A stretch of 62,612 bases of DNA, filler included. It is 10 parts of 10 records of this genome, joined end to end, with 100 filler letters (N's around TTAATTAATTAA, not from the genome) between each part and the next. Parts side by side here need not be neighbours in the genome. Positions count along the whole stretch, not along the records: positions 55,910 to 58,227 come from SRR20825015_182; positions 58,328 to 60,509 come from SRR20825015_193; positions 60,610 to 62,612 come from SRR20825015_200; 7 more parts are not named here. One strand, given 5' to 3'. Numbering within the stretch: the stretch's first letter is position 1; the number at the start of each line of letters is the position of its first letter. Below the pieces are notes generated by a model. The model had not been told where the DNA came from. It made no database searches and saw nothing but the letters and a program-made list of their open reading frames with translations. Below, in pieces: positions 55,910 through 62,612 of the stretch. The translations under genes and the position numbers were made by a program.

Positions 55910-56707
55910 AGCATGGCTGCCTCCATCACAACAGCCAACGCAATGATGAATCTTCACAACAATATGGCCGGATGTGGTAATTTGTGTAACAATGACACAG
56001 ACTGTTCATTCGGTGATTTATTCCGTAACCCATGCTCAATGTGCGGACGGTCTGGAACCTGCGAACAGGTGTGCGGCGCTGGCTGTCGTCAGGACTCTGA
56101 CTGCCGCCCCCCTGGCCAAGGCAACCCCTGCACAACCTGTAATTTACAAAAGCGACAATGTGTAAACCCACAACCACTGTGTGGCTCCTTCTGCGGAACG
56201 GACGCCTCTGCATGCCTTGTAAATGGTACTGGTGAGTGTGCCAGTGGGGGTGGAGCGAAGGGATGTTGCACGTGTACCGTCAACGGGTGCTCGTCTCCTC
56301 CTGACCCAAACCCACAATGCGGCGCAGTTTGCTCGACATCTGGCCAATGTGCCTCGAGTTCACAATGTCCACAGTGCATCGCGTATGGATGCGCACCTGC
56401 TCAAAACTGTGGCCAAATTTGCGTATCTTCAGGAGAATGCCAAAACAATGGCAAAGACTGTCAGAATTGTCGTTTTAACTCGTGCCAAAAGGGCGGGGCA
56501 TGTGGAGCCAGCTGTGCTGGAGACGGAGACTGTGACCAGTCCGCATGCGCAGTCTGTGGTAATATAGCAACCTGCGTTGGTGGAGAAGAACACAAGTCTG
56601 AACTTGCTTCTCTTGGCGAACAGGCACGACAACGCGTACTTCAACGTGGAGAGGCCATGCGGAAAGGAGTCGCGCTCAAATACAAACGGAGGGGCCCCTC
56701 CCCCTAA
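55910..56707 (+). CDS. Cys-rich protein with six tandem knottin-like repeats, probably 5' partial
   Basis: Repeats of C-x3-C-x5-C-x(4-9)-C-x2-C-x(4-6)-C. Confidence 0.75.
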   Translation, partial: SMAASITTANAMMNLHNNMAGCGNLCNNDTDCSFGDLFRNPCSMCGRSGTCEQVCGAGCRQDSDCRPPGQGNPCTTCNLQKRQCVNPQPLCGSFCGTDASACLVNGTGECASGGGAKGCCTCTVNGCSSPPDPNPQCGAVCSTSGQCASSSQCPQCIAYGCAPAQNCGQICVSSGECQNNGKDCQNCRFNSCQKGGACGASCAGDGDCDQSACAVCGNIATCVGGEEHKSELASLGEQARQRVLQRGEAMRKGVALKYKRRGPSP

Positions 56708-56916
56708 AAACTGCACACCAACATTTTATTTTATTTTTGAAAACCCAAACTGTGTATTTCAATATCTTCTAACTTCCTACATATCTACATCTTCTTGATT
56801 GCTGCTTCTCGATGTGTTATGGAATTCACAATATGTGATTCCCCCCTCACACACCACCACTCCCCCATTTTGATAAGGCTATCACCTCCCCACACACAAA
56901 TTATACAACAAAGTAA

Positions 56917-57783
56917 ATGCTATTCCGCGAAACACTCCTTAATCGTGCGATGTCAACCTCCTCGTCCCACCACCACTCTCTGTGCTCAATGCTGTCTTCC
57001 ACTACATGGGCCTTTTCTAGGACTCTAACCGGTACACCAATTAACGGATCCGTGTGTGGTACGGTCACCTTCAACCCTACCACTACTGCTACCCCTTCCA
57101 ATACTACCACAGGAAACGGTACCACTACGAGTAGCGATAGTACGATTCGACAAGAACAGCTCCGGTATGTAGAAGATGGAACTCTAACACTTGGTAGCCC
57201 ATCATCATCGTCGTCTGCATCGCTGGTACATTTACCAGTAAAACAGGAGTACTTATACGTCGACAATGTGTTCGATCATTCTCACTGTCCCACAGTCACG
57301 ACGACAACGTGCGCTGAAGGTACTGCCTGTGGCGGTACTACTTCAAATCAACAACAACAACAACGGAATGATGGATGTCCACTTGGCGTACTGTTTCCTG
57401 ATGGGCGGCCTTTCCTTCAATTTCACTTCCCACACCTTCACGGCGATATTTCTGGTGGTGGTATTCATTCTAAGTCACCAAGTTGGTTAGCTGAAGTTTC
57501 ATCACTATCTCCAGAAACGCACCTAAATGGCGGAAGTAGTGGAATCAACGTCTGGCACCATGATGTAGACTCTCACCTATGTGGTCAAGATTTGTACAAC
57601 TCTAAATTCTATTTAGGATACTTACCATCATCTACTTCATCATCATCGTCATCAAGTACTACTACTACTAGTATTACTATGCCGTACGTTTTGTGTATGG
57701 AGTATGTAGTAAAAGGCCCGAAGAAGGACTACACCGCTAGGTCTGTCCTCGTCAGGAAACACTCTAGTAAAGTAATTGCTTAA
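56917..57783 (+). CDS. DUF6314-like protein with low-complexity insertions
   Basis: WAFSRTL, LRYVEDGTL, QEYLY, VLFPDGRPF, HLCGQDLY and YVVKGPKKDY. Family recognised from memory. Confidence 0.65.
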   Translation: MLFRETLLNRAMSTSSSHHHSLCSMLSSTTWAFSRTLTGTPINGSVCGTVTFNPTTTATPSNTTTGNGTTTSSDSTIRQEQLRYVEDGTLTLGSPSSSSSASLVHLPVKQEYLYVDNVFDHSHCPTVTTTTCAEGTACGGTTSNQQQQQRNDGCPLGVLFPDGRPFLQFHFPHLHGDISGGGIHSKSPSWLAEVSSLSPETHLNGGSSGINVWHHDVDSHLCGQDLYNSKFYLGYLPSSTSSSSSSSTTTTSITMPYVLCMEYVVKGPKKDYTARSVLVRKHSSKVIA

Positions 57784-58327
57784 AATTATTATTATTATCT
57801 TCTTGATTATAATTGTTGCAAATCTTCATCTTCTGAAAATAACTATTTCATTTGCATGGATTTACCTTTGTATCCCTCCTATATGTTCCCTTAAAGCGAG
57901 GTTTAAAGAAAAATAGTTGAAAGGAACTGCCACAATCAAAATCACCTTCCCGACTTCAACCTCTTTCACTTTTATTAGATTCCACGAATATAAAAAAAAT
58001 ACAAAAATATACAACACCACCACACTACAATAAACTAGATTCCAACTACAATGATGAATGCGTACAACCCCCAGATGTACGCTTTCAACGCGCCCATTGT
58101 GCCAACCCACAACAATCGCCGAGCTGCTGACCCCCACCATTTAGATTGCGGTAGGAGGCTCAGCTTCGACGATTCTGGTGTTGTACTTCCCATCGACAAT
58201 CATCATCCAACCACCACTGCAACAGCTNNNNNNNNNNNNNNNNNNNNNNNNNNNNNNNNNNNNNNNNNNNNTTAATTAATTAANNNNNNNNNNNNNNNNN
58301 NNNNNNNNNNNNNNNNNNNNNNNNNNN

Positions 58328-59221
58328 ATCGTCCTGCGCGCCATCGACAAGCTGGACCGTCTGGGCACCGACGGCGTGCGCGCGCTGCTGGGGGCAGGGC
58401 GCAAGGATGACAGCGGCGATTTCACCGATGGCGCGGGGCTGAGCGATGCACAGGCCGACGTGGTCATGGGCTTCATGGAGGCCAAGCGCGACAGCGGTGC
58501 CGCCACCGTGGCGCGGTTGCGTGAACTGGTCGCGGGATCGCAGACCGGCGAGGCCGGCGTAGACGAGCTGGAAGAGATCGCGGCGCTGCTGGCGGCGGGC
58601 GGCTATGGCCCTGACCGGATCGAGATTGATCCTTCGGTCGTGCGCGGCCTTGGCTACTACACCGGCCCCGTCTACGAGGCCGAGCTGACCTTCGAGATTT
58701 TCGACGAGAAGGGCCGCAAGCGGCAGTTCGGGTCGGTCGCGGGCGGCGGGCGCTATGACGATCTGGTCAAACGCTTCACCGGACAGGAAGTGCCCGCGAC
58801 CGGCGTGTCGATTGGCGTCGACCGTTTGCTGGCCGCCCTGACCGCCAAGGGGCGGATGGAACGCGACGTGCAGGGGCCCGTGGTCGTCACCGTGATGGAC
58901 CGCGCGCGGATGGCCGATTATCAGGCAATGGTGGCCGAGCTGCGGCAGGCGGGCATCCGCGCCGAGGTCTACTTGGGCAACCCCAAGAACTTTGGCAACC
59001 AGTTGAAATACGCCGACAAACGCGGCAGCCCCGTGGCCATCATCGAAGGTGGCGACGAAAAGGAGCGTGGCGTCGTGCAGATCAAGGACCTGATCCTTGG
59101 CGCCAAGATCGCGGAAACCGCCACCCACGAGGAATGGAAGGACCGGCCCAGCCAGTTCGAAGTGCCCCGTGACGAGATGCTGGCCAAGGTACGCGAAATT
59201 CTTGAAGGACAAGACACATGA
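58328..59221 (+). CDS. hisS: Histidyl-tRNA synthetase, 5' partial
   Basis: [38 protein letters not shown] and QLKYADKR. Confidence 0.96.
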   Translation: MVLRAIDKLDRLGTDGVRALLGAGRKDDSGDFTDGAGLSDAQADVVMGFMEAKRDSGAATVARLRELVAGSQTGEAGVDELEEIAALLAAGGYGPDRIEIDPSVVRGLGYYTGPVYEAELTFEIFDEKGRKRQFGSVAGGGRYDDLVKRFTGQEVPATGVSIGVDRLLAALTAKGRMERDVQGPVVVTVMDRARMADYQAMVAELRQAGIRAEVYLGNPKNFGNQLKYADKRGSPVAIIEGGDEKERGVVQIKDLILGAKIAETATHEEWKDRPSQFEVPRDEMLAKVREILEGQDT

Positions 59222-60300
59222 TCACCCGCGAAGGCCGCGCCAAGGCGCTCGCGTTGCGTGACCGTTTCGAGGCCGCAGGCGCGCAGGTGGTCGAGCCGCC
59301 GATGCTGCAAAGCGCCGAGTTGCTGCTGGACCTCTACGGCGAGGACATCCGCGCCCGCGCCTATGTCACCAGCGACGCATTGCGCGGTGAACAGATGCTG
59401 CGCCCCGATTTTACGGTGCCGGTGGTGCAGATGCACATGGCGCACGGGGCAGACCCCGCGCGCTATACCTACGCGGGCGAGGTGTTTCGCCGGCAAGAGG
59501 ACGACCCGGACCGCGCCAACGAATTCCTGCAAGTGGGGTTCGAGGTGTTCGACCGCGCCGATCCGGCAGCCGCCGATGCCGAAGTGTTCGCCCTGATGGC
59601 CGAAGCCGTGGCGGGACTGAACCTGCGCGCAGCCACCGGCGACATCGGCATTCTGACCGCGGCGGTCAACGGCCTGCGCACAACCGAGGCACGGCGCGCC
59701 GCCCTGCTGCGCCACATCTGGCGGCCGCGCCGGTTCCGCGCGCTCTTGGACCGGTTCGCGGGACGCACGCCTGTGCCCGCCAGCCGCAAGGCGCTGTTGG
59801 CCAACCCGCAGCCGCGTCTGGGATCGGCGCCGCTGATCGGTCTGCGCGCCGATGATGAGATCGAGGCGCGCATCAGCGCGCTGCACGCTGATGCTGCCGC
59901 CAAGCCGATCAGTGACGGCGAGATGGACCTGTTGGATACGCTGCTGAACGTGCGTGAAACCGTGCCCTTTGCGCTGTCGCACCTGCGCGATCTGACCGTG
60001 GACATGCCGTCGATTTCAGACGCTGTCGAAGGGCTGGCCGCGCGCTCCGACGCGTTGGTGGCGCGGGGCGTGGACGTGGACACGCTGGATTTCGAGGCCA
60101 GCTATGGTCGCACGTCAATGGAATATTATGACGGTTTTGTCTTTGGATTTTACGCCGCAGGCCGGGCCGATCTGCCTGCCGTTGTCAGCGGGGGGCGTTA
60201 TGATGCCTTGACCCGCAGGCTGGGTGGCGGCGCGGAAATTCCGGCGGTGGGGGCCGTGCTGCGCCCCGGCCTGATGGCCGAACTGGAGGCAGGCGCATGA
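59218..60300 (+). CDS. hisZ: ATP phosphoribosyltransferase regulatory subunit
   Basis: [33 protein letters not shown] and GGRYD; ATGA overlaps with both hisS and hisG. Confidence 0.93.
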   Translation: MITREGRAKALALRDRFEAAGAQVVEPPMLQSAELLLDLYGEDIRARAYVTSDALRGEQMLRPDFTVPVVQMHMAHGADPARYTYAGEVFRRQEDDPDRANEFLQVGFEVFDRADPAAADAEVFALMAEAVAGLNLRAATGDIGILTAAVNGLRTTEARRAALLRHIWRPRRFRALLDRFAGRTPVPASRKALLANPQPRLGSAPLIGLRADDEIEARISALHADAAAKPISDGEMDLLDTLLNVRETVPFALSHLRDLTVDMPSISDAVEGLAARSDALVARGVDVDTLDFEASYGRTSMEYYDGFVFGFYAAGRADLPAVVSGGRYDALTRRLGGGAEIPAVGAVLRPGLMAELEAGA

Positions 60301-60509
60301 TCAAACTGGGTGTGCCGTCCAAAGGGCGGCTGATGGAAAAGACATTCGACTGGTTTGCGGCCCACAACATCCGGCTGAGCCGCACCGGCTCGGACCGCGA
60401 ATACGCAGGCGCAGTGACCGGCATCGACGGCGTGTCGCTGGTGTTGCTGAGCGCGGGCGAGATCCCGCGCGAACTGGCAGCGGGGCGCATCCATCTGGGC
60501 GTGACCGGC
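60297..60509 (+). CDS. hisG: ATP phosphoribosyltransferase, 3' partial
   Basis: KLGVPSKGRL and SAGEIPRELAAGRIHLGVTG. Confidence 0.93.
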
Positions 60510-60609
60510 NNNNNNNNNNNNNNNNNNNNNNNNNNNNNNNNNNNNNNNNNNNNTTAATTAATTAANNNNNNNNNNNNNNNNNNNNNNNNNNNNNNNNNNN
60601 NNNNNNNNN

Positions 60610-60922
60610 CACCATCTTCGAAGTAAGACTTACGAGATCCATTTTTCTTTCCATTCTGGTAAGAAATGCTCTGGGTAATGATTCCATCTTCGGCATAGAA
60701 CTTCCAAATACTGTCCAACTCGTGGTTGATTCTGTTACCTTCAGACTTGAGCGTTCCATCTGGGTAGTACGTTTTCCAGTAGCCTTCTGGCTTACCATTC
60801 AGCATTTGGCCTTCGCTGGAAACAACGCCATTTTCGTACTTGAACTTGACGTATTCCGACTCCTGACCAACCGCGGTCAGCGTCAGCAACACAAGGAAAA
60901 CGAAAGCGTAACAGATTCTCAT
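60610..60922 (-). CDS. Exported MORN-variant repeat (YwqK-like) protein, 3' partial
   Basis: Signal peptide; repeats GKPEGYWKTYYPDGTLKSEG, WKFYAEDG and KNGSRKSYFEDG. Confidence 0.8.
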
Positions 60923-61403
60923 TTCGGAGGGCTAAGATAATTCCAAACCAGCGCTAGGGAAATTTGATTAACACTCTAAACAACTATTTAAAAAGATTGA
61001 TTTAAGAAATATGGTATTGTTATTACTGTGTTCATTCGTGTAAAACATTTAGCGCTGTTATTTGTCAGGGGTAGTTATCAGATTTAGATAACATGAAATG
61101 AACACTATTTATTGGCTTACTGAACCGAAAAACCAAGAAGTTAGCAGTTTATCAACGGTTTGTCAGTAACGTTGATCGTTAGTAAATGCAGGTAAAAAGA
61201 AGAGTATTTCGAGACCGAACGATCGGTGATAATTACACGATCGATTGGTTTGCTCAGATCAGAAGTTTGCCCAACTGAGAGATCCGTTTTGATGTCGCAA
61301 ACATTAATTTGAGAAGATGTTAACAACGGATTTAGTTTTGCATGTATCATTGGTTAATAAGCCGCAAGTTTGAATAATCAGTTTATCAACACTCCAAAAA
61401 CAG

Positions 61404-61838
61404 ATGAAACACATTGCCATATCAAGTGATCACGCAGGTTTTGACCTAAAACAGCGAATCAAGCAGGTGCTTGAAGAAAAAGGCTACCAAGTAACCGATT
61501 TTGGCCCGACCACAGCAGACAGAATGGATTATCCAGATGCCATTCATCCTTTGGCCAAAGCCATCGATTCGGGAGAAATTGAAACGGGAATCATCATGTG
61601 TGGAAGCGGGAATGGTGTTGCGATGGTAGCTAACAAGTATCCACATGTAAGAGCTGGATTAGCTTGGGAGCCGGAACAAGCAGAATTGACCAGACAACAC
61701 AATAATGCAAATGTGCTTTCGCTTCCTGCAAGATTCATTTCAGTAGATAAAGCGTTGGAGTGTGTAGATAAGTTCCTGAATACAGAGTTTGAAGGAGGAA
61801 GGCACGAAACGCGCGTCAATAAAATCGCCATTTCATGA
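61404..61838 (+). CDS. rpiB: Ribose-5-phosphate isomerase B
   Basis: SDHAGFDLK, DYPD, CGSGNG, RQHNNANVL and FEGGRH. Confidence 0.96.
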   Translation: MKHIAISSDHAGFDLKQRIKQVLEEKGYQVTDFGPTTADRMDYPDAIHPLAKAIDSGEIETGIIMCGSGNGVAMVANKYPHVRAGLAWEPEQAELTRQHNNANVLSLPARFISVDKALECVDKFLNTEFEGGRHETRVNKIAIS

Positions 61839-62612
61839 AGAGGATTTCATTCCTATGCATTTTAACTTTTGTAGGGTTTTCTGCATTTGCACAGAAGGAT
61901 AGTATTCAACTCAAGTATGCCAATACGATTACCGCAGAAGACCTACGTACGCGATTGGAAATCATCGCATCTGATGATTTTGAAGGACGTGAAACGGGGA
62001 AACCAGGACAGAAAAAAGCAGCCAAATACATCCGAGAACGCTTTCAGGAATTCGGGTATAAACCGATAGAGAAACTGGGTGGATATTTCCAAGAGTTCAA
62101 GCTACAGCTAACGTATCCAGACACCGTTCGTTTGGTGGTTGGAACTGACACGCTGAAATTCCTTAAAGACATGTACTATTTCCCTGGTTTTGGAGATATG
62201 TTGATTGAGACAAAAAACCTGCTGTATCTCGGTTATGGAATTGATGATGAGAGGTACAGCGATTATAAAGGAACTTCAATTGAAGCTCGCGTTCTGATGA
62301 TATCTGGAGGAGAACCAGTCGATAAAAAGGGCAAATCGTACCTCTCAGAAACGGAAGAAAAAAGTGACTGGACGGTCGACTGGACAAAGAAAATTGATTT
62401 GGCCACGGCCAAGGGTGCCAAAGCGTTGCTGATCATTGACGATAACTTCTCGACTTCCGTTACGCAGTTCGGACGATACATCAAACGACCCAACATGGAA
62501 TTGGGCGAAAAACCGTCTGAAAAAGAAGGCATTCCACTTATTTACATCAGTTCGAAAATGGCCAACCGAATTCTGAAAGGAGCTGGGGTAAAAGGAGGTC
62601 ATCAGAAATTGG
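61835..62612 (+). CDS. M28 family peptidase with PA domain, 3' partial
   Basis: Manual translation MKRISFLCILTFVGFSAFAQ...ITAEDLRTRLEIIASDDFEGRETGKPGQKKAAKYI...YLGYGIDD; ATGA overlap with the rpiB stop. Confidence 0.88.
   Translation, partial: MKRISFLCILTFVGFSAFAQKDSIQLKYANTITAEDLRTRLEIIASDDFEGRETGKPGQKKAAKYIRERFQEFGYKPIEKLGGYFQEFKLQLTYPDTVRLVVGTDTLKFLKDMYYFPGFGDMLIETKNLLYLGYGIDDERYSDYKGTSIEARVLMISGGEPVDKKGKSYLSETEEKSDWTVDWTKKIDLATAKGAKALLIIDDNFSTSVTQFGRYIKRPNMELGEKPSEKEGIPLIYISSKMANRILKGAGVKGGHQKL

Noticed and set aside
60610-60922. Toxin-antitoxin system suggested by the YwqK-like repeats
   Set aside because: Exported MORN-variant proteins are common in Bacteroidota and no toxin gene is adjacent.

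Overview
This window is not one genome. It is ten unrelated metagenomic contigs joined by identical 100-bp linkers (44 N + TTAATTAATTAA + 44 N), so genes on either side of a linker are not neighbours. Contig 1 (1-20515) is a high-GC alphaproteobacterium (Hyphomicrobiales/Devosia-like, inferred from gene order). It carries guaA, tspO, an RsmB-like methyltransferase, MAPEG, guaB, two tandem MFS genes, a peptide-binding protein, rlmE, ppx, tRNA-Gln, a convergent EAL/GGDEF pair, metE, a GIY-YIG nuclease and the 3' end of nrdF. Contig 2 (20616-39725) is an intron-rich, gene-dense protist (Bdp1, TMEM135, EEP hydrolase, Top2, HSD17B4). Contigs 3, 4, 6 and 8 are intronless eukaryotic pieces, and contig 3 looks kinetoplastid. 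Contigs 5 and 7 are intron-containing protist pieces (TKL kinase, P450, mitochondrial intermediate peptidase, peroxiredoxin-like protein, methyltransferase). Contig 9 is Rhodobacteraceae-like hisS-hisZ-hisG. Contig 10 is Bacteroidota (MORN-variant protein, rpiB, M28 peptidase). The best leads are: (i) a small GIY-YIG nuclease embedded in a cluster of related REP-like palindromes, resembling a RAYT/REPIN locus with a different enzyme; (ii) a layered metE leader with an operator palindrome, a sigma70 promoter, a cobalamin riboswitch and a 12-aa Met/Cys-containing uORF; (iii) a candidate Bacteroidota oriC upstream of rpiB; (iv) a protist protein with six knottin-like repeats. All calls come from reading the sequence and recalling motifs; no searches were run.
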